Assembly (NCBI GenBank): GCA_017354595.1
Contig: JAFMQQ010000001.1
Location: 1-31,720 of the forward strand
Source of the DNA: Micromonosporaceae bacterium
GTDB lineage: Bacteria; Actinomycetota; Actinomycetes; Mycobacteriales; Micromonosporaceae
Length of the DNA: 31,720 bases
Direction of reading: 5' to 3'
Part shown: piece after piece, positions 8,734 to 19,850 of the stretch
How positions within the stretch are numbered: the first letter of the stretch is position 1
Layout: the number at the start of each line of letters is the position of its first letter
Notes under the pieces: generated by a model
The model's database searches: none
The model's input: only the letters and a program-made list of their open reading frames with translations
Told to the model about the DNA's origin: nothing
Translations under genes and position numbers: made by a program

Positions 8734-9920
8734 TCACCTCGTGGGCGTGGCCCTCCCACTACCTACCCCTGGCGCCACTGGGCTGGGCACTGCGCGCCGC
8801 CGGCCATGAGGTACGGGTCGCCAGCCAGCCCCGGCTCACCCCCGTCATCCTGGACTCCGGCGCCGTCGCCGTCCACAGTGGACCCGATCTCGACCACGAC
8901 CAGGTGCGCGCCCAGAGCATGCGCGACCTGCCGCTGGTCGCGGTCCCGCACGCGCCGGCCGCCGGAGCCACCATGCGCGACTGGGCGGCCGACCCGCGGG
9001 ATATGGTGCGCCGTGTCTTCCGCGTCTTCGTCCGGTACGCCGAGACGATGGTCGACGAGTTGCTCGACTATGCCCAGGCGTGGCGGCCCGACCTGGTGGT
9101 ATACGAGCCCACAAGCTACGCCGGCCCGCTGGTCGCCGCCGCACTCGGCGTACCCGCCGTCCGGCACGTGCAGGGCGTGGACGTCACCTACCAGGCCGCC
9201 GAGCTGCTACCCGAACTGCTCGCCCCGGTGTGCCGCCGGCTCGGACTGTCCGATGTAGACCCGCTGGGCACGGTCACCGTCGACCCGTGCCCGCCGAGCA
9301 TCCAGATCCAGGCCGGCCTGAAGCGGATCCCGGTTCGCTACATCCCGTACAACGGACCGGCCGTACTACCCGAGTGGCTGTATGAGCCGGCCGGCAAGCC
9401 GCGGCTGGTGGTCACCTGGGGCACCTCGACGACCCGACTCACCGGCAGCGGCACCTTCCGGCCCCCGGAGATCATCTCGGCCACTCGCGGGCTGGACTGC
9501 GAGCTGGTAATCGCGCTGACCGGCGCGGACGCCGCCGAGCTCGGTGAGGTTCCGAACGGGGTCCGGGTGGTGGAGTCACTCGCGCTGCACCTGCTGCTGC
9601 CCGGCTGCGCGGCGGTCGTGCACCAGGGCGGCAACGGCACCATCCTTACCGGTGTCCACTGTGGAGTACCGCAGCTGCTCCTGCCCCAGCTGCCCGACCA
9701 GACGTTCCTCGCCGACCAGTTCGCCAACTCTGGCGCGGGGATCGTGGTGCGGCCCGACCAGGCTACCCCGGAGGGGCTGCGCGAAGCCCTCGGCGCCCTA
9801 CTCCGCGAGGCGGCGTACCGGCAGGCGGCGGCGCGGTTGCGGGATGAGGCGCTGGCCCAGCCGACACCCGCCCAGATCGTCCCGGTCCTGCAGGCGCTCG
9901 CTCAGCACCGCGCCAGTTGA
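8721..9920 (+). CDS. Family 1 glycosyltransferase GT-C
   Basis: MRVLITSWAWPSHYLPLAPLGWALRAAGHEVRVASQP, VDPCPP, VHQGGNGT; true start ATG 8721 (the ORF track fuses it to a shadow frame). Confidence 0.93.
   Translation: MRVLITSWAWPSHYLPLAPLGWALRAAGHEVRVASQPRLTPVILDSGAVAVHSGPDLDHDQVRAQSMRDLPLVAVPHAPAAGATMRDWAADPRDMVRRVFRVFVRYAETMVDELLDYAQAWRPDLVVYEPTSYAGPLVAAALGVPAVRHVQGVDVTYQAAELLPELLAPVCRRLGLSDVDPLGTVTVDPCPPSIQIQAGLKRIPVRYIPYNGPAVLPEWLYEPAGKPRLVVTWGTSTTRLTGSGTFRPPEIISATRGLDCELVIALTGADAAELGEVPNGVRVVESLALHLLLPGCAAVVHQGGNGTILTGVHCGVPQLLLPQLPDQTFLADQFANSGAGIVVRPDQATPEGLREALGALLREAAYRQAAARLRDEALAQPTPAQIVPVLQALAQHRAS
8871..8883. repeat. Iterated palindrome GTCCACWGTGGAC (representative perfect 13-mer; also perfect at 11265 and 11817)
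   Basis: The 11-bp core TCCACWGTGGA is exact at 8872, 9655, 11266, 11818, 13321, 14554, 26003, 26217 and 31285. Confidence 0.9.
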
Positions 9921-11182
9921 TCTCCATCCGGCCGCGCCTCAGCGCTTGTTCCACTCGCCGTACTCCGGTGGCGCCGCTCTGCCTCCGATCCTCTGCGGGC
10001 TCCCAACTCCTCCAAGTCGTCCATCAGCTGGTCGATAGGCGCGAGTGCGTGGATGTGCCGTTGCAACCAGCGCGCCCGGGACCGGTAGCCCGGGTCGCCC
10101 AGGACCCGGGCGCAGGCGGCGGCGATCGTCGCGGCGCCCGCCTCGCCGACCGGCACCTCGACCGCGACGCCGGCCCGCACACAGGTCGCCACGTTGTGCC
10201 GGTGGTCCGAGCCGACCGGCATGCCGACCATCGGTACGGCAAGGCGCAGCGCCTCCTTGATGCTGTTCAAGCCGCCGTGGCTGAGGAACAGGTCGCAGCC
10301 CTCCAGCATCAGCGGCTGGTCGGTGAACTCCACCAGCCGCACGTTGGGCGGCAGCGACCCGAACCGGTCCAGGGACTTGCCGGAGCCGACCGCGAGTACG
10401 GCGGTGACCGGCAGCATGCCGAGCGCCGCGATCACCTCGGCGAGGAAGTCGCGGGCGCCGGGCAGGTCATACACGACGGTGCCGAAGCCGGCGAAGAGGA
10501 ACGGCCGGTCGTGGTCGAGCTCGGCGAGCCAGCCGGGTAGCCGCCCGGCGACCTGCTCGGAGCTGGTGTGCCGGTATGCGCGGGTGTTCGGCAGGATGAA
10601 CTCGCCCGCCCCGTACGCCTCGGGCAGGAAGGTCGCGTGCAGGTACCGGTAGAGCGCGGCGCCCTCCGGGTCGCCGGGCAGCCCCAGGTCCCGGCGCCCC
10701 TCGTCGAGGATCGGGGCGAGCCGCTGTCCAGTGATGCCGGACAGCCCGCCGAAGGACGCGACCGAGGCGTGCGGCACGCCCAGCACCTCGGCGGCCAGGT
10801 AGCCGCCGAACTCGTCCGCCTCCCGCACCACCAGGTCCGGCTTGAACTGTGCGGCGAGCACGTCGTGGGCGAGTGCGCGGGCGGCCGGGCCGGCGAAGGT
10901 CGCGGTGACCATCGCGTCCAGGCCGGCGAGCACGTCGGCTGCCTGGGCGAAGGAGAGCCTGGAGTACCCGCGCGGCAGCTGCGCGACGACCTCCGGCGCC
11001 CAGTCGTAGCCGGCCGGCAGGTGCGCCAGCCCGTAGCCGGCGAGCTCGCCGGACATCCGGTCCAATGTGGCCACGGCGACCTGGTGGCCGCGCCGGGCGG
11101 CGGCCTGGGCCAGCGGCACCAGCGGACGCAGGTGCCCGCTGGCTGGCTGGGTGGTGAAAAGGATCCGCATCGGTTCAGCCAT
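9902..11182 (-). CDS. Family 1 glycosyltransferase GT-D (divergent from the other five)
   Basis: RILFTTQPASGHLRPLVPLA, DLVVREADEFGG, SHGGLNSIKEAL..VPM; ATG 11182 with GGAGG RBS. Confidence 0.9.
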   Translation of the reverse strand: MAEPMRILFTTQPASGHLRPLVPLAQAAARRGHQVAVATLDRMSGELAGYGLAHLPAGYDWAPEVVAQLPRGYSRLSFAQAADVLAGLDAMVTATFAGPAARALAHDVLAAQFKPDLVVREADEFGGYLAAEVLGVPHASVASFGGLSGITGQRLAPILDEGRRDLGLPGDPEGAALYRYLHATFLPEAYGAGEFILPNTRAYRHTSSEQVAGRLPGWLAELDHDRPFLFAGFGTVVYDLPGARDFLAEVIAALGMLPVTAVLAVGSGKSLDRFGSLPPNVRLVEFTDQPLMLEGCDLFLSHGGLNSIKEALRLAVPMVGMPVGSDHRHNVATCVRAGVAVEVPVGEAGAATIAAACARVLGDPGYRSRARWLQRHIHALAPIDQLMDDLEELGARRGSEAERRHRSTASGTSAEARPDGDQLARC

Positions 11183-12329
11183 GCGCGGCACCTCCCGCAA
11201 TGGTGAGCAGTTCGTCGCGTACCTGGGCGGCCTGCGGCTGCCGGGCCATCTCCGAGCGCAGATCGTCCACTGTGGACGGCGGCGCGGAGAGCATCGTCAC
11301 GGCCTGGTCCCGGATCGCCGCAGCGGTGGCCTCGGCGGCGTAGACCATCCGGGCGGCACCGGCGGAGGTCAGCCGCTGCGCGTTGAAGATGTGGTCGGGG
11401 TTGCGCGGGACAAGCAGCTGCGGGGTACCGGAGACGAGTGCGGTCATCGCCATGCCGCCACCCCCGGAGTGCACCGCGAGGCAGCAGCTGGGCAGCAGCA
11501 GGTGCATGGCGAGTCGGGGCACCACGCGCACGTGCCCCGGCAGGTCATCGGTGACCGGGTTGACCACCACAATCTCGACATCCAGGCGGTCGAGTGCCTC
11601 GACCACCAGCGACTCGAAGGCCGTCCCGGTGCGGGCGAACCGGCCGGCGATCGTGCCACCCGTGACGCAGACCCGTGGGCGGCTCGGCGACTTGCGCAGC
11701 CAGCCGGGCAGCTGCGCGGGCCCGTTGTACGGCGCGTACCGGATGGGCAGCCGGCGCACCGGATGCGGCGCTTGCAGCGACTGCGGGCACGGGTCGACGG
11801 TAACCAGGCCCAAGGTGTCCACTGTGGACAGGCCGAGCCGGCTGGCGAGCGGCGCGAGGGCACCCGGTTCGTATTCGTGGGTCAGGTAGGTGAAGTCCAT
11901 CCCCCAGATGTGGCGCACCGCGGGCACCCCGAGGGCCGCGGCGGCCAGCGGTCCGGCGAAGGTGGTCGGCTCGAAGACCACCACGTCGGGACGGAAGGAC
12001 TCCCCGTACCGCAGCGTGTCGTCGAGCATGTCGCCGGCCAGCTCCACATAGAGGGAGACCGTGTCGGCGCCGAACTTCGCCAGCAGCTCACTGATCTCGA
12101 TCGGCCGGCCAAGCCGGTCCAGGTACTCGTGGAAGGGGCGGAGCACCGGCGCCACGTCCACGTCGGTGCCGACCGGTACCGCGGTCAGCCCGGCCTGCGT
12201 GATCGCCGGCGCCAGGCCCGGCTGGCTGGCCACCCGCACCTCGTCGCCGGCCGCCTGCATCGCCCAGGCGAGCTGGACCAGCGGATAGAGATGCGAGGGC
12301 CAGCCCCAGGTGGTGAACAGAACCCGCAC
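11175..12329 (-). CDS. Family 1 glycosyltransferase GT-E
   Basis: MRVLFTTWGWPSHLYPLVQLAWAMQAAGDEVRVASQP, VDPCP, VHSGGGG. Confidence 0.93.
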   Translation of the reverse strand: MRVLFTTWGWPSHLYPLVQLAWAMQAAGDEVRVASQPGLAPAITQAGLTAVPVGTDVDVAPVLRPFHEYLDRLGRPIEISELLAKFGADTVSLYVELAGDMLDDTLRYGESFRPDVVVFEPTTFAGPLAAAALGVPAVRHIWGMDFTYLTHEYEPGALAPLASRLGLSTVDTLGLVTVDPCPQSLQAPHPVRRLPIRYAPYNGPAQLPGWLRKSPSRPRVCVTGGTIAGRFARTGTAFESLVVEALDRLDVEIVVVNPVTDDLPGHVRVVPRLAMHLLLPSCCLAVHSGGGGMAMTALVSGTPQLLVPRNPDHIFNAQRLTSAGAARMVYAAEATAAAIRDQAVTMLSAPPSTVDDLRSEMARQPQAAQVRDELLTIAGGAAHG

Positions 12330-12332
12330 CGC

Positions 12333-14783
12333 TCAGACCCGCCCCGGAGCCGGCCGTACCACGCCCGCCGAACCGTCCACAGTGACCAGTTGGCCGTCGC
12401 GCAGCGTGCCGGTACCGGCGCCGGTGGCGACCACCGCCGGTACCCCGTACTCCCGGGCGATGATCGCCGGGTGGGACAGCAGGCTACCGCGGTCGGTGAC
12501 CAGCGCACCGACACTGGGGAACAGCATCGCCCACTGCGCCGTGGTCTCCGGGCAGACCAACACGTCGCCGCGGCGCAGCTTGCCGAACTCCGCGACCCCG
12601 GCCACCACCCGCACCGGGCCGGTGTAGCGGCCGGGTGAGGCGGCCACTCCACGCAGCAGCACACCGTCCTGTGTGGATTCCGTCGCGCCCTGGCCGCCGG
12701 AGACCGCCATCGACCAGCGCCCGATCGCGACCACACGAAGCGCCGCCGGGGACAGGGTCACCTCGGGATCCGGCTGCGGCCCGCCCGGGTACTGCCCGTA
12801 GGTCGGTGGGCCGGGGTGGGCCAGTGCCCAGGCGTACTCCCCCTTCCGCCGGCGCACCAGCGCCGCGACCCCGCCGGCGGCAGGGCCACCGTCGACCGCG
12901 GCCAACGCCTCGTCCAGGGTGAGGAAGAATACGTCCGACGGATCGGCGAACCGGTCCAGCCGGGCGCCCAGCTCCAGGCAGGCGTAGCGCAGCAGGGCCC
13001 ACAGGCTGACGGCGTAGTAGACCTTCTCGTCGCGTACCGGCGCCGCCACACTGCTGTCGGCGACCGCCTTCTCGAACTGGGCGCGCTGCTCTGCCGGCCG
13101 GCCGGCGAGCGCCTGGCGTGCCTCGGCCAGCGCCGCGCTACGCCGCCCCTGGATCGCGGCGCGTTCGGCGGCGAAGTCGTACGGCGCATCCAGTTGCGCG
13201 GCGACCAACGCCAGCAGCGTCTCCGGATGCTCGGCGAGGGTCGGTTCGGTCAGCTCGAAGCCCACCGTCCGGTGCGCGTGCTCACGCACGTATGCATCGA
13301 ACGCCGCCGCGAACTCGGCGTCCACTGTGGATAGAGTGCTGGCCGGCCGGCCGCTGGTGAGGTGCGCGCGTACCGCCGGCCTGCCGGCGGCCAGCGCGGC
13401 CAGCTCGCCGATGCCCGTCGCCGCGCCCATGTGTACGCCGGCCAGGCCGCCACCCAGCCGCAGCACCTGCGGCGCCGACCAGCCGAGCAGGCTCCCACAG
13501 GTGACCCCGAGCTGGCCGAAGATCGCGATGGCTGCCCCGGCGAGCTGGAAGTAGACCCGGTGCAGGTCCCTGAAGGCGGTGAGCACCTCGCGGAGGTGTG
13601 CTACCAGCTGCCTGGTGGAAAGCTCTGCCCGCGGCACCTCTCGCAGCTGTTCGATTCGCGCGGCGAAGGCCGGCCGCCAATGCTCGTGCCACCGGTCCAC
13701 CAGGGAGCGCGGCTCGCCCTCGGCCAACCGCTGCGCGATCCGCTCGGCCCGGGTGGCCAGGCCACGCGTGGTGTCCTCGGGAAGTCCGACGTACGGCCAG
13801 CCGGCGATCTGCTGCACCTGCGGGGCGGCCACGGTGGTGAAGGCGAAGACCGAGGCGGCCGCGTCCCGGTAGACGTCGAGGAAGACCGCGGACTTCATCG
13901 CCGTCCACGGTCTGTCGCTGTTGTGGTCGCGCGCCCAGAACCCCGGCGGCACAACAACCTCCATCGGGATCTGCGGCGTGCTGGTTACCGGCCGGGCCTG
14001 CACCAGGCACAGCGTGCCGCTGGCGATGGCCCACTCGATGTCCTGCGGGACGCCGAAGTACCCGGCGACCCGGTCGGTGAGCGCGGCCACGTCGGCAACC
14101 TGCTCCGTGGTGAGCACATCCGGCGAGTCGTTGTCGGCGCGCCGGGCGGTGCCGTCCCGGTAGGTCCACTCCTGCGCGCTGGTCTGGCCGGACATCAGCC
14201 GGTCGCCCAGCCCGGGTACCGCGCTGACGACCGTCTCCGCGTCGCCGGTGACCGGGTTCACGCTGAACGCCACCCCGGCCGCGTCCGCCGGTACCATCAC
14301 CTGCACCAGTACGGCCAGCCCACCGGCTGAGCCGGCGTAGCGGGCCAGCCGCTCGGAGAAGCTGGAGACCCAGCAGGTACGCACCGCCGCCAGCAGGGCC
14401 GGCAGGCCTACCACGTCGAGCACCGACTCGTACTGGCCGGCGAAGGAGCGGTCGGCCAGATCCTCGGCGGTGCCTGAAGAGCGCACCGCGACGGGGCCCC
14501 CGCCGAGCCCGGCCAGCGCGGTCTCCAGCTGGGCGACCAGCTCACCCGGAATTTCCACTGTGGACAGAACGGTGGCGACAGTGGACCGGTCGACCGGGCC
14601 GGTCCCGGGCTGGCCCAGCAAGCCGGCCTTCTCCAGCACACCGGCGAGCGCTTCGGTGGTGAGCACAAAGCCGTCCGGCACCGGGAAATCCGCGGCGCGC
14701 AGCTCGCCAAGTACCGCGGCCTTGCGGCCGGCCAATGGGGCGTCGGACAACCGTACCCGCGACAACGGCAGCACCTGGCTCAT
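12333..14783 (-). CDS. PEP-synthase/PPDK-like three-domain dikinase (rifampin phosphotransferase-type architecture)
   Basis: N-terminal ATP-grasp (VPDGFVLT, VAVRSSGTAED, SFAGQYES, GVAFSVNP, PQDIEWA, QARPVT), ~400-aa central domain, C-terminal His-swivel (GVAASPG..GPVRV, LLSHPAIIAREYGVPAVV). Confidence 0.88.
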   Translation of the reverse strand: MSQVLPLSRVRLSDAPLAGRKAAVLGELRAADFPVPDGFVLTTEALAGVLEKAGLLGQPGTGPVDRSTVATVLSTVEIPGELVAQLETALAGLGGGPVAVRSSGTAEDLADRSFAGQYESVLDVVGLPALLAAVRTCWVSSFSERLARYAGSAGGLAVLVQVMVPADAAGVAFSVNPVTGDAETVVSAVPGLGDRLMSGQTSAQEWTYRDGTARRADNDSPDVLTTEQVADVAALTDRVAGYFGVPQDIEWAIASGTLCLVQARPVTSTPQIPMEVVVPPGFWARDHNSDRPWTAMKSAVFLDVYRDAAASVFAFTTVAAPQVQQIAGWPYVGLPEDTTRGLATRAERIAQRLAEGEPRSLVDRWHEHWRPAFAARIEQLREVPRAELSTRQLVAHLREVLTAFRDLHRVYFQLAGAAIAIFGQLGVTCGSLLGWSAPQVLRLGGGLAGVHMGAATGIGELAALAAGRPAVRAHLTSGRPASTLSTVDAEFAAAFDAYVREHAHRTVGFELTEPTLAEHPETLLALVAAQLDAPYDFAAERAAIQGRRSAALAEARQALAGRPAEQRAQFEKAVADSSVAAPVRDEKVYYAVSLWALLRYACLELGARLDRFADPSDVFFLTLDEALAAVDGGPAAGGVAALVRRRKGEYAWALAHPGPPTYGQYPGGPQPDPEVTLSPAALRVVAIGRWSMAVSGGQGATESTQDGVLLRGVAASPGRYTGPVRVVAGVAEFGKLRRGDVLVCPETTAQWAMLFPSVGALVTDRGSLLSHPAIIAREYGVPAVVATGAGTGTLRDGQLVTVDGSAGVVRPAPGRV

Positions 14784-15118
14784 CAGCTCTCCTCCTCCCT
14801 GCCGCGACCTCGGCCATAGGAGGCAACTACTTCATAGACACCGAACGGGCGGCCCCGGCCGGCGTCCTGATACGGCCGCAGCGGTGCGGTGGCGGCCCGG
14901 TGCGCCGTGCCCGCTTCCCACCGATGGAACGCCTCGCCGCTCGCCCACTCGCTGAGTACCAGGTACGCGCCCTCGTCGGTCAGCTCGTGCAGCAGCCGGT
15001 TGCCGAGCAACCCCTCGGTGCCGGCGAGCTCACGGCTGACCCGGTGGTAGGCCTGGGCAACCGCGTCGGGAGTCTCCTGCGGTGCACGTACCCGCAACAG
15101 GACCAGCAGGCCGCTCAT
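14783..15118 (-). CDS. Antibiotic biosynthesis monooxygenase (ABM) domain protein
   Basis: AYHRVSRELAGTEGLLGNRLL, LVLSEW...AF.RWE....H...TAPLRPY; GrhV/PdmI-type position after the KR and first ABM. Confidence 0.8.
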   Translation of the reverse strand: MSGLLVLLRVRAPQETPDAVAQAYHRVSRELAGTEGLLGNRLLHELTDEGAYLVLSEWASGEAFHRWEAGTAHRAATAPLRPYQDAGRGRPFGVYEVVASYGRGRGREEES

Positions 15119-15414
15119 TGCTTCTCCAGTGCGTACACCGTGGTCATCGTCGTCATTGAGCCCGCGGCCCGGTACGGGTGCAGCCGGACGCGGTGCTCGC
15201 GGTGCTGCGGGCTGCGCTCGTACTCCCGGAAGCTCGGCTCGTCGACCCAGTCGCTGATGATGTGGTAGACACCCGGCTCCTGCGCGCTGGCGTAGAGCCA
15301 TTGGCCGCGGTTGGCCGGCTGCCCGGTGATCACCCCGGCGCCGGACAGCCAGGCCCGCTCGAAGTCCTGCTCCTTGCCGGGGTGGGTCTGCATGCGCAAC
15401 TGCACCCGGAACAT
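15115..15414 (-). CDS. Antibiotic biosynthesis monooxygenase (ABM) domain protein
   Basis: FERAW, PAN.GQWL, YHIISDW, F...ERSPQHREHR..LHPYR; GrhU/PdmH-like. Confidence 0.82.
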   Translation of the reverse strand: MFRVQLRMQTHPGKEQDFERAWLSGAGVITGQPANRGQWLYASAQEPGVYHIISDWVDEPSFREYERSPQHREHRVRLHPYRAAGSMTTMTTVYALEKQ

Positions 15415-15415
15415 C

Positions 15416-16147
15416 TCAGATGCCTCCGTCCACGTGGATCGTCTCGCCGGTGATGTAGCTGGACTCGTCGCCGACCAGGAACACCACTACCTGGGCCACC
15501 TCCGCAACGCTGCCCAGCCGGCCGACCGCGGTCAGCTGCCGGTACTTCGCGATCACCTGCTCGGGCAACGGGTGCTCGGTGGTGATGATGCCGGGAGCCA
15601 CCACGTTCACCCGCACCTGGCGCCCGCCCAGCTCCCGAGCCAGCGACCGGGTGAGCCCCTCCAGGCCGGCCTTGGCCGCGGTGTAGTGCGCCCGCATCGC
15701 AATGCCGGCCCGCGCCGACCCGGACCCGATGTGTACGACCGAGGCGGGGCCGTCGAACAGCTGCAGCGCCTGTTGCGTCAGCAGGTACGCCGCGGTGAGG
15801 TTGGTGTCCAGCACCCGGTGCCACTCCTGGGCGGGCAGCTCGGCGAACGGGATGTGGCTGATCGCCCCGGCATTGTGTACCAGCGCGTCGAGCCGGCCGT
15901 ACCGCTGCCGGCACTCGTCGAACAGTTCGCGTACCTGCTCCGGCACGCTGACGTCGGCGGGCACCAGGTGGTGCTCCCCGCCGAGCTGTTTCAGCTGCCG
16001 GCTCAGCGACTCGACGTGCTCACCTGGCGTGCGGTAGCAGGCGAGCACGTCCGCGCCGGCGGCGGCCAGGCCCAGCACGGTGCCCCGGCCGATCCCCCGC
16101 GTGCCGCCGGTAACCAGCACCTTCCTGCCGGACAGAGAGATACCCAT
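15416..16147 (-). CDS. SDR ketoreductase (FabG-like; GrhT/PdmG-type position)
   Basis: TGGTRGIG, HNAG, HYTAAK, NVVAPG, TGETIHVDGG; ATG 16147 with GGAGG RBS. Confidence 0.9.
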   Translation of the reverse strand: MGISLSGRKVLVTGGTRGIGRGTVLGLAAAGADVLACYRTPGEHVESLSRQLKQLGGEHHLVPADVSVPEQVRELFDECRQRYGRLDALVHNAGAISHIPFAELPAQEWHRVLDTNLTAAYLLTQQALQLFDGPASVVHIGSGSARAGIAMRAHYTAAKAGLEGLTRSLARELGGRQVRVNVVAPGIITTEHPLPEQVIAKYRQLTAVGRLGSVAEVAQVVVFLVGDESSYITGETIHVDGGI

Positions 16148-16160
16148 CGAGACCCTCCAC

Positions 16161-17343
<1,183 letters not shown>

Positions 17344-18579
17344 TCACTTTCGCAGAACCATCGCAGCGTTGAAGCCTCCGGTGCCGCGGGCCAGCACCAG
17401 CGCGGACCGCAGCGGCACCTCCCGCGGCTCGCCGACGACCAGGTCGATCAGATGGCGGGCGGGCACCTCGGTGACACCGACCGTTGGTGGCACCACCTGG
17501 TCACGCAGGGCCAGCAGCGCCGTCGCCACGTCCAGCGCGCCGGCACCGGCATACAGTCGGCCGGTCATCGACTTCGGTACGGTCACCGGTACCGCGCGTG
17601 CTCCGAAGACCCGGGCGATGGCGGCCGCCTCGATCCAGTCCAGATCCGGCACGCCCGCACCGTCCGCGAAGACCACATCGATGTCGCGCGCCGGGATCTG
17701 CGCGTCGCGCAGCGCGGCCTCGACCGCGCGGTCCAGCCCGGGCCGCCGGTGGCCGCCCGGCGCCGGATCAAAGGTGGCCGCGTACCCGGCGATCTCGCCG
17801 TACCCGCCGGTGGCGGCACGATCGAGCACCATCATCGCGCCGCCTTCGCCCGGCACATAGCCGGACGCCTCGGCATCGAAGGGCAGGTACGCGCGGAGCG
17901 GGTCGGCGCTGGTACTCATCCGGCCGTTGCTGGTCTGGCAAAGCATCGCGTACGGGGAGAGCGGCGCCTCCGTACCGCCGGCGAGCATCACCCGAGTGCC
18001 GGCACACCCGTCACCCGCGGCGCTGTCCGCACCCGCCGCGCTGTCCGCACCCGCCGCGCGCAGCATCCGGCGCGCCTGGGCCAGTGCGTCCAGCCCGCCG
18101 GCCTGCTCGCTGACCACCACGCCGCATGGTCCGCGCGCACCGTACCTGATGGACACCTGGCCAGTGGTCGCCGCATAGAACCAGGCGATCGACTGGTACA
18201 CCCCGATGTGGTCGGGGCCATCCGCCCACAGCTTCTGGATCTCCCGCTGGCCGAACTCGTTGCCGCCAGAGGCGGTCGAGGTCACCACGCCGAGAGCGAA
18301 GGGCGGCAGCTCCCGCGGATCGAGGCCGGCGTCGGCCAGCGCCAGCGCCGCCGCGGCCAGGCCGAACTGGGTACCCCGGTCGGTCTGCACCGCGAGCCGG
18401 GCCGGTACGTGGTCGGAGACGAAGAAGTCGGCCACCACGCCGCCGACCATCGTCGGGTACCGCACCGGATCCAGGTGTGTCAACCGGTCCAGGCCGCTCT
18501 TGCCGGCCAGCGTGGCCGACCAGTACTCCTCGGTGCCCACGCCGTTCGGCGCGACCACGCCGATACCGGTAACTCTCAT
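17344..18579 (-). CDS. Type II PKS chain length factor (KS-beta)
   Basis: [11 protein letters not shown], Gln at the active-site position ([10 protein letters not shown]), [31 protein letters not shown]; ATG 18579 with GGAGGAG RBS overlapping the KS stop. Confidence 0.96.
   Translation of the reverse strand: MRVTGIGVVAPNGVGTEEYWSATLAGKSGLDRLTHLDPVRYPTMVGGVVADFFVSDHVPARLAVQTDRGTQFGLAAAALALADAGLDPRELPPFALGVVTSTASGGNEFGQREIQKLWADGPDHIGVYQSIAWFYAATTGQVSIRYGARGPCGVVVSEQAGGLDALAQARRMLRAAGADSAAGADSAAGDGCAGTRVMLAGGTEAPLSPYAMLCQTSNGRMSTSADPLRAYLPFDAEASGYVPGEGGAMMVLDRAATGGYGEIAGYAATFDPAPGGHRRPGLDRAVEAALRDAQIPARDIDVVFADGAGVPDLDWIEAAAIARVFGARAVPVTVPKSMTGRLYAGAGALDVATALLALRDQVVPPTVGVTEVPARHLIDLVVGEPREVPLRSALVLARGTGGFNAAMVLRK
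18020..18055. repeat. 18-bp tandem duplication inside the CLF gene
   Basis: GCGCTGTCCGCACCCGCC x2 (18020-18037, 18038-18055) with partial flanking copies; encodes [16 protein letters not shown]. Confidence 0.9.
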
Positions 18580-19850
18580 CGGGTCTCCTCCCATCCCGGC
18601 CGGGTCAACACGACGGCGCTCTGGAAGCCGCCGAATCCGCTGCCCACACTGAGCACCACGTCGACGTCGCGCTCCCGCGCAGTGACCGGGACATAGTCCA
18701 GGTCGCACTCCGGGTCGGGCACCTCGAGGTTCGCCGTCGGCGGCACCACCCGGTCGGTGATGGCCAGCGCGCAGGCCGCCACCTCGATCGCGCCGATCGC
18801 GCCCAGCGAGTGACCCACCATCGACTTGATGGAGCTGACCGGCGCCCGGTACGCGTGCTCGCCCAGGGCACGCTTGAATGCGGCCGTCTCGTGCCGGTCG
18901 TTCTGCCGGGTGCCCGAGCCGTGCGCGTTGATGTAGTCCACGTCGGTCGGGTCGACCCGGGCACGGTGCAACGCGACCCGGATCGCCTCGGCCATCTCCA
19001 GGCCGTCCGGGCGCAGCCCCGTCATGTGGTACGCGTTGCCGAAGTTGCCGAACCCGGCCACCTCGCAGTAGACCCGCGCTCCCCTGGCCCTGGCCGCGGC
19101 GGCCTCCTCCATCACGAAGACCGCCGCCCCCTCGCCGAGCACGAACCCGTCCCGCCGGTTGTCGAACGGCCGGCTGGCCGTCTGCGGTTCCGCGTTGTTC
19201 GCCGAGGTGGCCTTGATGGCGTCGAAGCAGGCCGAGCTGATCGGCGAGATTGGTGCCTCCGCGGCGCCGGCCAGCACAACCTCCGCGCTGCCCTCCTCGA
19301 CCAGCGCGGCGGCGTAGCCGACCGCATCCAGCCCCGAAGTGCAGCCGGTGGAGACCACGCTGACCGGGCCCTCGGCACCGGCCAGCCAGGCAACCTCCCG
19401 CGCGATACTGCTCGGCGTCAGGTAGTCATAAAGCTGTGGCACCGCCCGGTCCGGGTTGACCAGCCAGTCCCGCCCGCCGCCGCTGACCCGGACGTAGTGC
19501 TCCTCCAGACGCGTGGTGCAGCCCACCGCGGTGCCGATGACCGTGCCGGTGCGCTCCGGTGGCAGCGCGCCGAAGTCCAGCCCGCTGTCGGAGATCGCCT
19601 CTCGTGCGGCTACCACAGCGAACTGGGTGACCCGGTCCCACTCCCGTGCCTGCTCGGCGGTGAGCCCGTGCCGGGTCGGCTCGAAGTCACACTCTGCGGC
19701 GATCCGGGACCGGAACCCAGTGGCGTCGAAGAGCGTCAACGCTCGGGTCGCGGTACGTCCGGCGAGCATCAGGTCCCAGAAGGCCCGGGTACCGACACCG
19801 CCCGGCGCGACCACACCGATGCCGGTCAGCACCGCTCGCCGCCGGGTCAT
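18576..19850 (-). CDS. Type II PKS ketosynthase alpha
   Basis: [11 protein letters not shown] (catalytic Cys), [34 protein letters not shown]. Confidence 0.97.
   Translation of the reverse strand: MTRRRAVLTGIGVVAPGGVGTRAFWDLMLAGRTATRALTLFDATGFRSRIAAECDFEPTRHGLTAEQAREWDRVTQFAVVAAREAISDSGLDFGALPPERTGTVIGTAVGCTTRLEEHYVRVSGGGRDWLVNPDRAVPQLYDYLTPSSIAREVAWLAGAEGPVSVVSTGCTSGLDAVGYAAALVEEGSAEVVLAGAAEAPISPISSACFDAIKATSANNAEPQTASRPFDNRRDGFVLGEGAAVFVMEEAAAARARGARVYCEVAGFGNFGNAYHMTGLRPDGLEMAEAIRVALHRARVDPTDVDYINAHGSGTRQNDRHETAAFKRALGEHAYRAPVSSIKSMVGHSLGAIGAIEVAACALAITDRVVPPTANLEVPDPECDLDYVPVTARERDVDVVLSVGSGFGGFQSAVVLTRPGWEETR

Noticed and set aside
15429-15438. TCCACGTGGA, a zero-spacer variant of the palindrome
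   Set aside because: Explained by the conserved SDR C-terminal motif IHVDGG using ordinary codons
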